From the human T2T-CHM13v2.0 reference genome, Homo sapiens: DNA of 64,000 nt. The position numbers and the translations under genes were made by a program. Within the stretch, counting starts at the first letter, position 1; each line of letters opens with the position of its first letter. The stretch lies in NCBI RefSeq assembly GCF_009914755.1, contig NC_060945.1; one strand, 5' to 3'. The notes beneath the pieces are model-generated. The model was given only the letters and a program-made list of their open reading frames with translations, was not told where the DNA came from and did no database searches. Positions 17,387-30,364 of this stretch are shown here, piece after piece.

Positions 17387-17522
17387 ATTTTTGTTCAAGA
17401 ACTTGCCCTGGTACCTGTGGTTCAGGTGAATGAGCTCGGCCGTGCCCTCCTGCTGTCCGTTCACCCAGGTGCCAACATACTTACTGCCCGTCTCCGCGTA
17501 TAAATAGGTGCCTTGCCCATGC
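17387..17522 (-). CDS. RSPH1: RSPH1 exon 5 ([13 protein letters not shown]...KFLNKN)
   Basis: ttaaccag acceptor, AAT|GTAAGT donor, 136 nt. Confidence 0.96.
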
Positions 17523-18066
17523 CTGGTTAAGACAAGGGGAACATGGTATTTCGTTCCAGCACAGTGAAAAATCTCCCAGGTTTAAAACACAGACATTGAC
17601 ATTGAGGGAGGCCCAGGCTGTTGCAGGCTCACAAGCGATGTAGCTTCTATATCTGTGTCCAGTCAGAAGGTGCCCCTTGCTCAGTGTGCCCCAAGCACAG
17701 GACATTGCCAGAGGCACAGAGGACAGGCCAGCTGGACAGAGGCAAGCCTCCTGTGTGTCAGCTGCTTTCCCCAGGGAAGAGGCAGAGCTAGTGGGAGCTG
17801 TGGCTCAGGTCCCCCAGTGGCTCTTCTGTGCCCTCCACTCCCTGGGACTCTTGGGTGAAAGACTCACGTGCTCTGCCCCAACTGAGGTGCAGATGTCAGA
17901 TACTTGAGTCTACACTTGCACAGAAAGGCATCCTTGCCTCAAAGCCATAGAAAGATTGGACCTGCCTGGCAGAGTTGGTAACTGGGCTTTTGTTATGATT
18001 CTGTTCCTCAGTAAGTGTAAACAATCTGCAGACATCATGTTCTCATTACATAAGCAAATCCCGTTA

Positions 18067-18252
<186 letters not shown>

Positions 18253-18959
18253 TTAACCATGGCAAAGGCAGATGTGTTGTGAAGCAAATGAAGCCCATGC
18301 ACACACAGGCCCCTTCTGCTCAGGAAATCCTGCAGAAGAGAGATTTTTAACAGCACCGACCAAGGCTGCTATCTGTTTCCACTCTGACATCCCTCCACCC
18401 CTTCCTTTTGTGCCAGATGGCATAGGTGCTGAGCCACGGTGGACAGTGGGCTAAGAGAGGGCTGAGTCAGGAGTTCACGGGGTACAGAGTGAGGTGTATG
18501 GATGTGGGCCACAGCCACCTGCATGTACTGACAAGCACATTTCACAGGTTAGTCAGAGGCACCACGAAGATGCAACGAGGAGGGAGACAAACCAAGGTTG
18601 TCTGACCCATTGCCAGTGATCCTAACACCACACTTCATTTACCTTGCAAATGTTTAGAGATCCAGCAACAACTCCAGGGCTTGACCATCTATCCTCAGCC
18701 ACCTGGCAGCATTTCAGTCTATCTCCCACCCAATCATCTGACTCCAACATGCCACTCTAACCCCAGCTGCACACCAGCTCCATCCGCTGGTGCCATGCCT
18801 CTGTTTGAACTCTTCCCTCACCTCCTCACCTCCATACGGCTTCTGCTAAGTCCTTATAGGCTTGGTAGGCAGTACTGAAATTGGCAAGGATATCATAAAA
18901 TTCATAATACCACTCCATGATGTGGACAACTGCAAACTACTTTTGTCAACCACAGTATG

Positions 18960-19455
18960 AATCCCTGCACTAGAAAACTCAAAACGTCCTCAAATCTTAC
19001 AGCTCACTTAGGAAAGAAACTTAATAGAGGTCTCCCAAAGGTGACTGCTCTTAAAAACGTGCATATTACACCAAGTCATTAAGCTAAATGATATGTTTTG
19101 AGACTATGAATAATAAAAAGCAAATGTTGATCAATTTGTTGATCAAAGAGAAAAGAAGGAATTATATTTCTATTCTCTCTATAGAAAACATTACAAAATG
19201 GTTGCCATATGGAGAAGCATTCAAAGAGTATTAGCTAACAAAGGTAGAGAAAAGCTATTCTAGAAGTATGTCAGACATTAAAACTCAGGCTACTTAGATT
19301 CTGTGATGTTTGTGGTATTTTTAAATTTTTAACTTATTTTGATTTATCATTGCAAATGAAAATTCACTTTTATACCAACTTTATATTTTCTTTTTTTTAA
19401 AGAGGTTCTCAAAACTTACATAAGCTTCTGGCTTACACAAAAACTGGACCCACTT
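18960..19455 (+). mobile_element. hAT-Tip100 (Zaphod-like) 3' fragment
   Basis: Homologous to 1960-2275; ends taagcttctggc...acaaaaactggacc. Confidence 0.45.
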
Positions 19456-20011
19456 CCACATGAAGATAAAGAATACCCAATAGGCTAAGAAAATGCTAAT
19501 TATTCAAGTAATATTTGTTTATGTGAATAACCCCAAAATTTATCTGCAGAAGGAACTTCTACATATTTATTTCCTCAATCATCCCATTATTTACTCAGCA
19601 CCTACAATGTCCTGGGCACTTTGTGAGATGAACGAAGAGCTGTACAAAGGACAGTGCATGTCCCCAGGGCGCGAGCACCAGCCTGAGGATGGAAGGTTGG
19701 CACCTGAGCAGCAGCTGAGGACAGGGAAGGCAGCACGAAAAGCTGCATGGCACAATTTCAAAAAGTGGGTAAGTCATTCAGAAAAGAGCAGGCTTACCAA
19801 AAATTCATGGAGAGAGGGAAGGTGGCAACTGCTAACAATTAAGGAAGAGGACTAGGTCCCATGATGTGATGTGTGACAGGAACAATGTGAACAAGAGAGA
19901 TGAAGATCCCCAAATTGAGATAATTCAGTAAAAAATACTTCAGGTCCCTGAACCTAAATTAACCATGAGGATGTGCAAATACCTAGAGGGATTTGTCTGG
20001 GTCTTAAGGGG

Positions 20012-20160
20012 CAGTGATGTGCCTGGATTTGTAACATTTGCCAGGTTCTGTGGTGTAAATACTCACACCGTGGCCAATTTCAAGCTACACATGGAGCTGG
20101 GAAGAGATGCACAGAATGGGTTTTTGTGAGCTACTATGAGGGGGTTCCAGCACAGCCCTG
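20012..20160. mobile_element. MER63-like hAT MITE
   Basis: cagtgatgtgc...ccagcacagccctg imperfect terminal inverted ends; atttcaagctac core. Confidence 0.55.
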
Positions 20161-20706
20161 GGGCATAGAGACCTCAGCTGAAACAGGTACATCATTTGGT
20201 TTCTTCCCAACAAAACTTCATGACAAAATTATTACATCCCTCCTCTCTTGGCCATGTCAGAGGATCTCCAGGGTGTCATGGTGAGAAAAATATATTACAT
20301 ATTTTGCAGAAAAATTTCAAAAATAAAAGAGAACAGTTAAGTTGCAAAAGACACTAAATTTTGCACCAAGAGGACGGTGAGCAAAATTTTTTAAAGTCCC
20401 AATCTACTTAAAAAACCTGTTAAGAGGCTCGGCCCAGCATTTTGTAATGCCACCACAGGGACCCTGCACAAATAGAGAAGGTAATTCAGAGAAAAGTCAC
20501 CTGCTGAGGCACATCTCTAACAGCTATAAGTCAAGTTTCCTTTTTTGAGGTGAGTGACATTTGTAAACTTTATTATTGTGGCTTTAAATTTGCACTTAAT
20601 TTTTTTTTTAAAGTCTTTCTACCCCAATCCTATACTTTCTGATCATTCTTGAACTTGTCAACTGAGGTTTTTTCCAACTATATTTCTTCTCAGGAGTAAC
20701 TCCCAG

Positions 20707-21150
20707 TTGGTTGGTTGGTTGGTTGGTTGGTTGATTTGTTGGTTAACTGGTTGGTTGGTTGGTTGGCTGGTTGGCTGGTTGGTTAGTTGGCTAACCGATT
20801 GGTTGGTTGGTTGGTTGGCTGGCTGGTTGGTTGGTTAACTGGTTGGCTGGGTGGTTGGCTAGTCAGTTGGCTGGTTGGTTGATTGGTTGGCTGTTTGGTT
20901 GGCTGGTTCGTTGGTTGTTTGGTTGGTTGGCTAGTCAGTTGACTGGTTTGTTGATTGGTTAGCTGTTTGGTTGGCTGGTTGGCTGGTTGGTTGGTTGGTT
21001 GGTTGGTTGGCTGGTTGGCTAATTGGTTGGTTGGTTAGACAGTTGGTTGGTTAATTGGTTGGTTGATTGGTTGCTTGGTTGGCTAGTCAGTTGGCTGGTT
21101 GGTTGATTGGTTGGCTGTTTGATTGGCTGGTTGTGGGTCAGTTGGCTGGT
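20707..21150. repeat. Degenerate (TTGG)n/(CTGG)n tetranucleotide repeat
   Basis: About 440 bp of ttgg/ctgg units with recurring internal variants. Confidence 0.95.
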
Positions 21151-22352
21151 GTGGAGCAGGTGCTCCTTGGGTAGAGCAGTTTGTCTGGCACTTGGGATTG
21201 AAGACAATTTAAAATGAGAAGCTCTCCAAGATGCTCCTCCCCCCTCAAATGCTGGTTGGTCACTGGTTTGCCATGCTGGCCCATGGTCTTGCCAAGTTGG
21301 CTCCCTAAACTGCTGGGTCAGCCAAACACAGGAGAGAAGGAGCCCACACTTATGGGGAAACACTCGGTGTCAGACCCTGGGCAGGGTTCCGTGCACTTGC
21401 CACAGCATTTGGTATGTGTAATCGCTGAAATATGGTTTTACAGATGCAGAACCTGAAAAGCAGAGAGACTGCATGCATTCCCCAAGGTCCCACAGCTGGT
21501 GGGTAGCAAGACTGAAATGAAAATTGGAGTCTGTCTAACACCATGCTCTCTTCTCCACAAGCATCCCAACAGTCAAGTGCTCATTTTTTCCAGCTCCTGC
21601 CATTCGGGGGCTTCCAAAAAACCCAGGTTCAAGTTATCATGTCATTCTTCTTTCTCCACAATGTCATTCTTAAACTTCTTTGTTTTGATGAGTTCTGTTT
21701 GACAGGCAACAAGGCCAGCAGGGAATAGGGATGCTCTTTCTCCCCCTTAACCTCAGAGTCCTCAGTTGGCCCTACACCCCCAACCCTCAGCATCAGTACA
21801 TGGGGTCTAGGCCTCCCCCACATCTGGCACCCACCCTCCCCTCCATCTCATCCCCCACTACCCCTAAAAACCTCGGCCTTCCTGCCTGTATCCAAGTCAC
21901 CCGCCACCCAGGACCGTCTCCCCACTCCTCTCCTGCAGCACTATAGCCTCTGCTGGCTCCTGGACTCCCTAATTGGACTTGTGTGACCATCTGGGAGACA
22001 GGTAGGGTACTGGACTTTATGCCACAGGGTCCTGACGTTGAACACACTGCCCTGCACAAAACCATTCTGGCCCATTGTGATGGCAGCCAGCCAAGATACA
22101 CTGTTATGAATAACTCAGCCATACATTAACTGAGATTTTGTGATTGGAAGAGTATTGGCTTACTATGTTATAATTAATATTATAACTTCTGACCTCAGTT
22201 TCCATTGCTGCCTTCATGAAGTAAGACACTTATTTAAGCTTTTGTCAGAGAAGAAATCTCTGGGTAGTGGCTAAATCTTGCACCCTTTAAGATACAAAGC
22301 CATCTGGAGAATCAAAAATCCCAACTGTTACCAGAAGAGCTTTATATGTTAG

Positions 22353-23110
22353 TGTGGCATAATAAGAAATATTGGTCTTTATTCATGGTTCCCAGCACAG
22401 AGCTCCTAAAACCCTTGACATTTCCTGACTGATAGAAATGTTTTTGTTATTCAAAATGAGACTCTTTTGACCACACCTGAACTTATGCAAATGAGGCCCA
22501 GGATGGCCTCAAGATGGGACTGAACACCAGAAAGACCAAGTGATAAGAAGGATAGAACCTCCAGCCCCACCCACCAACTCTGGTAAAGAAGAAGGAAGGG
22601 GCCAGAGATTAAGCTCTGTAAAAACTCTTGAGCAAGATTTGTTGAGCTTCTGGGGTGATAAACATATCATGTGCCAGGAGGGTGGTGCACTCCACCTCCA
22701 CAAGGACAGAAGCTCCTGTGCTTGGGAACCTTCCAGGCCTTGCCCTCTGTACCTCTGAATCTGGCTGTTCATCCATATTCTTTATAATATCCTTTACAGT
22801 AAACATGAGTAAAGTGCTTTCCTGAGTCCTATGAGCCGCTATGGCACATTATCAAACCTGAGTAGGGTGTTGTAGGAACCCCCAATTTGTAGCCGAGTCA
22901 GGTAGAACTGTGGGTACCCTCCGGATCCACAACTTGAGGTTGACATCTGAAGTGGGGCAGTCTTGGAAACTGAGCCCTTAACCTGTGGGGTCTGTGCTAA
23001 CTCTGGGTGGTGTCAGAATGGAGTTGCATCATTGGAAACTCAGTTGGTGTTCACAGAAGACTGGAGAAGTACATAGCATGGAAAATCCATGCATTTGGTG
23101 TCAGAGAAAC
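22353..23110 (+). mobile_element. MER21-family LTR
   Basis: cacagagctcctaaaaccctt...; homologous to 56459-57272. Confidence 0.7.
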
Positions 23111-24474
23111 AGTTACCCATTTTTAACCTTCATATTCAAAATTCCTTAAATCCCTTATCCTAAATATCTTCGTGTGTGTGTGTGTTGTTCAAATTGTATC
23201 AACATCTACACTAAAATCAAAAGTGACAAGAATGAGATTAGGTGCATAAGGATTTGGAAAGAATTAAATTAAGCCCCAAATTAAATTGTTTAAAGTTGAT
23301 TTAAAAAGCAGATGGTGCTTCTTATAGAGCAAGCCTTCTGGGATTTATGAAACAAAACAAAACAATTTCTATCTAACAGGGATGGTATTAAAACCCTCCA
23401 TCTTGGTCTCAGAATTGGACAGAATCATCACTGACATCTATTAAAATAAGAACCACCTACTGGTTCTTATTTTATCTAGGAGCAAAGCAAGCAACTATAG
23501 CTCGCACTTTGTAAGAATATGTCCTCCTCACTAAGAAGTGATGCTGTCACAAGTGGTACATCACAGTCCTAGCCCCAGTTACTGAGTGCTCACTATGGAT
23601 CAGGCAAGGTTGCAGGTGTCTCCCTGTGTTTATCCATTGAATCTTCATGCTACAGATGAGAAACTGAGGCAAGGAGATGTGAAGTCACCTATGCAAGCTC
23701 ACACCTATTGTCACCAGAGTCCAAGGTTAGGGTCACAGATCTTTTTGGAAATCTGAAGAAAACTAGACAATTTCTTTCTTCCTAGGGAAAAAACAAAAAG
23801 CCCAGAACACAGAATTTTATATACACTTTCTGAAGACTCACAACACGCTCCCTGCCGGTCCCCCTGCCCAGGTTTGGGATATCACTAATGTGGTCACACC
23901 AGGTGACAACGGCACAAGGGGCGGCAGGGAGGTTCTTGGAAATAAAGGAAAAAGAATCCTCCTCAAACATAACATTGGCCTGTAAGGACTTATGGCACAG
24001 GTAGGAAAAGTCAGTTTAACAAGGCAGGAAGACTCCCAGACAGGAAGCCCTGATGTAAGGAAACACTCGATCTGAAGAAATAACACATCCGTCAGATGGC
24101 GGGGTTGGTCAGAAATGGAAAATGCAAAGACAGGTTCAGGAAGATGAATGCCGCAGAGCAGCTGAAGCCGTGGGTCCACCAGCTGCGAGGCCTGCGTCCA
24201 CTCAGGAGCCTCCCTTTTGTCTGCTCCCAGGACATGGACATGCTGGCCACAGGGACAGATTTCCCACTACAGATTCATTAGTGAGTTAATTAATTACAAG
24301 GCTTTCCTATTTCTGCATCAACACTGTGAATATAGTAACACGATCTGTGTTCGTTGAATGAGTAACTGGAGAACTTTAAGCTTTCTCATACATGTCAGTA
24401 TTCACAGACAAGTTCAGTCATAAAGAAAGAAAAACTTCTGTAACACGAAAATCTGCTTAGTGATAACATTTTAC

Positions 24475-24580
24475 CTTCATATCTGGATCCATCTGGATAT
24501 ATAAAAGTGCCTTGACCGTGCTTTTTATTTCTAACATATTCTCCGATATATCGAGCACCATTTTTAAATTTGTAGATCCC
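24475..24580 (-). CDS. RSPH1: RSPH1 exon 3 ([15 protein letters not shown]...SRYEG)
   Basis: tttcag acceptor, AAG|GTAAAA donor, 106 nt; MORN motifs Y-x-G-x-Y...HGQG. Confidence 0.97.
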
Positions 24581-24682
24581 CTGAAACACATTGATTATAT
24601 CATTCATATCATTGCTGAATGTAGCATTTGCTAACAGAGTATTAAATAGAGAAAACCATCCAGTCAAGTCAACGGTTCTGAC

Positions 24683-24796
24683 CTGGCCATGTCTTTTACC
24701 GAATTCGTAGCTCCCTTCGTAGGTGTCCCCGTTGGGTAGCCGTGCCCTCCCACGTCCGTGCCTTTCGCCTGCCTCATTCCGACCCCCCTCATATTC
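24683..24796 (-). CDS. RSPH1: RSPH1 exon 2 ([10 protein letters not shown]...KRHGQ), MORN repeats
   Basis: CAG acceptor, CAG|GTCAGA donor, 114 nt, phase 0-0; part of ORF 24395..24832. Confidence 0.97.
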
Positions 24797-25466
24797 CTGG
24801 GTAATGAAAATTGACACAATTACAGCTACCATTCATTAAGCGCTAACCAGGTGCTAAGCATTTTGTAAATATCATACCCTTGAGTCATCCCACTATGCTA
24901 AACCCCCGGCACTATACTCAATTGTCCCACCTTTCCCACCTTAAAGTTGAGGTAGGTAACAACGCCTGGGCTAGATGAGGCACTGGACCAAGGCCACACC
25001 CCAGCACATGTCCAGGGCGGAAGCCTCATTCCCTCCCTCCAACACAGAGCTTGCAATTCATTGTGATAATCCTTTACCCTGTAAGCAAGGTTAACCAATT
25101 TGTGAAAAATGCTAGATACTCTAAGCTGTGTTCTTAGTAGGAACATGCTTGAAATAGTACATGCGGGTAGAACAGTTCAAGTCCACACAAATACCTCCCC
25201 GTTTGCTTCCTTCAGTAATCCAGGATTTCAAAGGCAAATGCCCAGAGAGAAGCAACTCTTCCCTCAAATGATCCCTGGGGCGGGGTGTGGCCTGAAGAGA
25301 CCTTTGCCCTGCAAGGAATTTCCGATGGAAGGGACAGGTTGGAGGGCACTGAGGAGTACACAGGGCTCCCTTGCTGATTAAGTTTATCTTATTTTTAAGA
25401 CCCCTAGCAAGAGACTTAAGGTTCGAACACTCATGACCCAATGCTGCAATAATTATGTATCTATCT

Positions 25467-25761
25467 GTGGTTTGTTTTTGTTTTTGAGACAGGGCCTCAC
25501 TCTGTTGCCAAGGCTAGAGTGCAGTGGCACAATCTCAGCTCACTGCAACCTCCGCCTCCCAGGCTCCAGTGATCCTTCCACCTCAGACTGCTGAGTAGCT
25601 GAGACTATAGGCATGCGCCACCATTCCCAGCTAATTTTAAAATTTTTTTGTAGAGACAAGGTCTCACTATATTGCCCTGGCTGGTCTCAAAGTCCTGGAC
25701 TCAAGCGATCCTTGGCCTCCCAAAGTGCTGGAATTACAGGTATGAGCCACCATGCCTGCTC
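25467..25761 (-). mobile_element. Alu (AluJ-like)
   Basis: TSD aattatgtrtctatct (25451 and 25762). Confidence 0.92.
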
Positions 25762-26413
25762 AATTATGTGTCTATCTTAAAAGTAAATAAATAAAAAATG
25801 TGATCAAAGCTTGCAATTTTCCTATCCTTCAGAAAATAAATGTTCCTTAGCACCTAATACATGGGTATAGAGTGAATATAGTAAATAATAAAATGCTGAA
25901 AGCATCCAGTAATGATTTAACATGGGTATCTCATAACATCACACTGTATTTCTTAAATATACATAATAAAATTTATTAAAAATTAAAATTAAGAAATTGA
26001 ATTGGATGTATATAGACTTATTATAACACAAGTACTGACACACTACATTGAGGACTTCAGAAATAAACGTCTGTGCAATTCTTGCCCTTTTCTAGCACTG
26101 TTTGGACCACTAATTCCTGCCTAGAATATAAGGTAAAAATCTGCGACCTCACAGATTTGTTTCAGGGTTAGTTTACATCAAAATGTACAAAAGTCCCCTC
26201 CTTCTATCCAAGAGGCTTCCCAATACACCCAACACTGAGCCGCTGGGGTGGCTGAATAAGACAGAAATCCTTTAAAATGACCCCAAATGTGATCTGAACC
26301 TAAAAATTATAGGCACTAAAAAGTTACAAATCAGTGGGGCCATTTGAGGAGACAAACTAGAAATCTTGCTGGTCAAGTGTTGCAGGTTGGGTTCACCTAG
26401 AAACAGACCCTGA

Positions 26414-26747
<334 letters not shown>

Positions 26748-27699
26748 TAGTAAAGAGGGCAGGGAAGTAGACATGAAAGGGCAGGCAGCTAAGGAAGGAT
26801 GCCTTTGCAGGTGAAGTCCCAGACTTGGCCTAATCCAACAGGGACTCTGGGGGCATCAATCGCACTGCAGACTTTGTCCTGCTTCTTGCACTAGCTACTG
26901 GCTGTCTGGCCGGATGTGAATTTCAGGCACTTCTGGCTCTCCATACTGGGCAGGTAGTTCCAGCGCACAGAGGTGATAGCTTGAGTAGCAAATCAGGCGG
27001 AAGCTGGGAGATGAGTGCCCAGAGCTAGCAAAAAGGTCTGGGCAGGCACTGACAGCACCACTGCAGAGTCGCTAGATTTTTCAGTTAATTCTGAAAGTAC
27101 CTCAACTCTGTACTGTGCATGCAGACCATAGTGGCTGAGGTTCCCTACCTGTCAGCCATGGAGAGGTCACTCTCTGGAGTAGGGAGGAACTACTCTCTGG
27201 GTGATAGAAATATTCCCACACAGAACCCAGCTCACAGGCTGGATGTGCCCTCTTTCTCCTCTCTGCTGCCTAACTCAGGAAATAACTCCAAAGACCTGGG
27301 TCAGTTCAGATGGGGACTGAAGAAAGCACATGTGAGGATACGCCTATAAGGTAATATCTTCAGGAACCCTCTCCTGAGCCCAGGGCCTCCTCAGCATTTC
27401 TTGGAGGCTGCCAGGAAGCAACTATCCTCCATGCATCTAAATGCCGGGGGAGCAAATCTCAGCTACAGAAATGACTTATTCAAGGGCAGTATGGCAGCGT
27501 GGGATGATCTGCTCATCCGAGAAAACTGCCTCGATGGGAATTAACACAGGGAGGAGGAAACTTCCAAAGCCTTCCGCTGGGAAATCTTTGCCTTTAATGG
27601 GAGGCAGGATGGGGGTGGGGGAAGAACGAGGCGGCATGTGGTAACCAGACGTCACAGCGTTTCACTTTTCACCATCAACTTCCAGGACGCACGCAGGTG

Positions 27700-28760
27700 T
27701 GTCTGGCGTGGCCTTCGTCCCTGCCGGGGATCCTGGGGAGCTGTGGCTCAGACCTCTGGTTTCTGCGCCTCCTCACTCTCCAAACCCAACCTCGAGGTTC
27801 CCCCGCCGCTGCGCACCCTGGGAAGCCCTTTCTCACCAGGAGCTCTCACCCCAATATCATTCTCTCCCTCCTCCTCCAACTCCTCCGAGCCCAGGTCCGA
27901 CATGGTCTCGCCCCAGCCTGGATCACAGCCGCAGCGCCTCTAGCAGGTGGGTAGCAACCGCCTCCACCGCCGCGTCCCGCGTCGCCATGGAGACGCGGCC
28001 GGTCCCGCCTCCCTCCCAGCCCGGAAGATGGGGAGCGGGGACAGGCGACGCGGACGAAGCGGGAGGAGCCACTGGCAGCCTTTGCGTACTGTCATAGCAA
28101 CGGGAAGGGCACCTCGACCAATCACCGCCCGGGAATACGGAGGGGCGGGGCGGAAGGGACGAGGTGGAGCCAGTGGCAGCACTCTGGTGCCGTCATAGCA
28201 ACGAGGGGCCGCTTCGGCCAATCACTGCTCGGGAAGCGAGGGGGCGGGGACTGGGCAGGGCCTGAGCGGGTTCTGTGCCTGGCTGCCCACCGGCTCTCTG
28301 ACCTGGACCTCGCCGTCGCTGGCCCCTGAAATCCATCACTTTTGTCGGCTGTTCTGTGACGCCACAACGAGGAGCCACCTGGGTACTGGGCCCTCAAGAG
28401 GAAGGACGCGGGAAACGCGTCCGGGCCAACTCTCGAGAGGGTTTCACCCCTGCCCAGTGCGGGCACTGCCCGCTCCCTTCCGCCCCCAGGCCTCGCAGGC
28501 CCCTCCGGGGGTGCTGCCCACCCCCACTTACCTTTCTAGGCTCTGCTGACCCTTCGGGATTCGCGGCTAGCTGTGATGTGTCCGCCAAGATCTCTTCTCT
28601 TGTCTGTAAACAACTTCACTCTCAAGGAGGCAGCTCTGGCCTCTCAGCAGGTGCGGCCTACAGTGATGTCCGTCCGGGTTTTACATCCTTCCCCGACCTC
28701 GACATGAGTCCCAGCCCCCTCGGGCCTCTGACTCTCAGGTGTCCCCTACGATCGCCGTCC
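27700..28760. promoter_or_regulatory. CpG-rich RSPH1 promoter (probably bidirectional) with RFX X-boxes, CCAAT boxes, GC boxes and a forkhead site
   Basis: Dense CpG; X-box GTCGCCATGGAGAC 27981-27994; GTCATAGCAAC 28091 and 28192; CCAAT 28118 and 28218; GGGGCGGGG 28142 and 28241; GTAAACAA 28606. Confidence 0.85.
27850..27903 (-). CDS. RSPH1: RSPH1 coding exon 1 (MSDLGSEELEEEGENDIG)
   Basis: ATG at 27903-27901, 18 codons, donor GGG|GTGAGA; matches the recognised RSPH1 N-terminus. Confidence 0.97.
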
Positions 28761-29597
28761 TCTCCTCTCGCTCCTGGCTCCCCTACACTGTCACACACCC
28801 ACACAATCACAGACGCACACGCATGTACACGTGCAGGCTTGGAAATCTGCTTTACCTGACGCACTCCGCCTGCCGAAGGCCCCTCACATCTCCCATTTCC
28901 TCTGCCATCATCCCAGACTGCAAAGCTGTGTTATTTGTTGTTGCTGCAGGAGCTGGGGAGGAGTGACTGAATAACTATAGGATTTGGTCTTGATGGGAGA
29001 ATCCCAGAAGCCAAATCCACGCGGTGAATAAGCTGCTGATCTTCCAGAGCACACATCCCCTAGAGATTCTTCCCAATGCTAATATGAAAGGTTACAACCA
29101 TAACCCATCATCAGGCCCAAATATATTACTTACTGAATAAATACACAAGTTACAACAACACACGAGATTCCAAAATTATGTCGTTTTTTAGATGCAAAGA
29201 TAAAAATGTTGTAAACACCAAAATTTAACAGCTTTTCTTATGGGGAAAAGTGGGGAGTTAGGGATAACAGATGATTATTATTTTCTTCTCTACATATTGG
29301 CAGTTACCCAGTTACTACAATTAAGCATGTCCTATTTTTATAATAAAATGCCAGAAGCATTTTAAATGTTAGAAATCTAGAATGGTAACATAAGTATATG
29401 CAAATAAATACTCGTTTTTTACATTTAAAATGTCAGAAATTTAGCTTTCAAATTTGTCCTAACAATGACAGTAACCAGTGTTTACTAAGTTCTGACACTG
29501 TGTGTGGGCACTGTTTTAAGAATTTTATGAGTTATCTTATTAAATCCTCACTATCATTCCTCCATTGAACATCTAAGGAAAGGGAGTTATAGGGGGT

Positions 29598-30364
29598 TAT
29601 AAACTAAAAATAACCTCCTAAGCCCCACCACAGCCAACTGAATGGACCCCTCTTGGCCAAGAGGGCCCCAGAAACCTTAAAAACTGCGTTCTCAGCCATG
29701 ATGGGAAGGGAGGTCGAACATGCCTCACTAATACCCTTGTGCAGTTTAGACACAACAACTAACAAGCATTAATGTTAAAATAGAGATCATAAGACTGACA
29801 GAATGGACGCTGTGGCAGTAAGATACCAACTTACAAACAGGACCTAAGGCCATGCCAGGCATGAGTTAAGTCATGCATCCCTACACTTAAAAGAATAAAC
29901 TATATTTTAACTACCTGGAGAAGGTCTTATGACTCGTGTTTTACATCCTGTACTTGAGCAAACAATCTTACTGTGAATCTCTCAAATCGTATCATGAGTT
30001 CCTCAGACTGTTGATGTACTAATTAATACGTAAACTACTGACACTGAAAAGGATACTGATTTGTTTCTGAATCATGACGTTTCACTGATTGTCTTGTGCA
30101 TATGCAGAAAACATTTTAGCCTGTATGTTGTCATCTGTAGCCAATGATTGTAACCTCTATATTGTCCCTCCAATGAAAAAAGACAACTGCAATATGAGGA
30201 GTCCCCTTCCCATTCCTCAACTTTCTTATAAAAGCACTGCAACTTGTAACAGACTTTGGAACACACCCAACTTTGTTGGTGTGTCTTCCCCATTCAATCT
30301 TCAAATTTGGCTTTCAATAAGCCTTTATCAATTTCCGCCTCAACAGCCTTAACTTTGGTCGACA
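29598..30364 (+). mobile_element. ERV1 solo LTR (MER34/MER39-like) splitting a MIR
   Basis: ccaactgaatggacccct 5' motif; CCAAT ~30141, TATAAAA ~30227; ends gaca. Confidence 0.7.

Noticed and set aside
21019-21363. ORF with QPTN/QLTN repeats
   Set aside because: Translation of the (CCAA)n simple repeat
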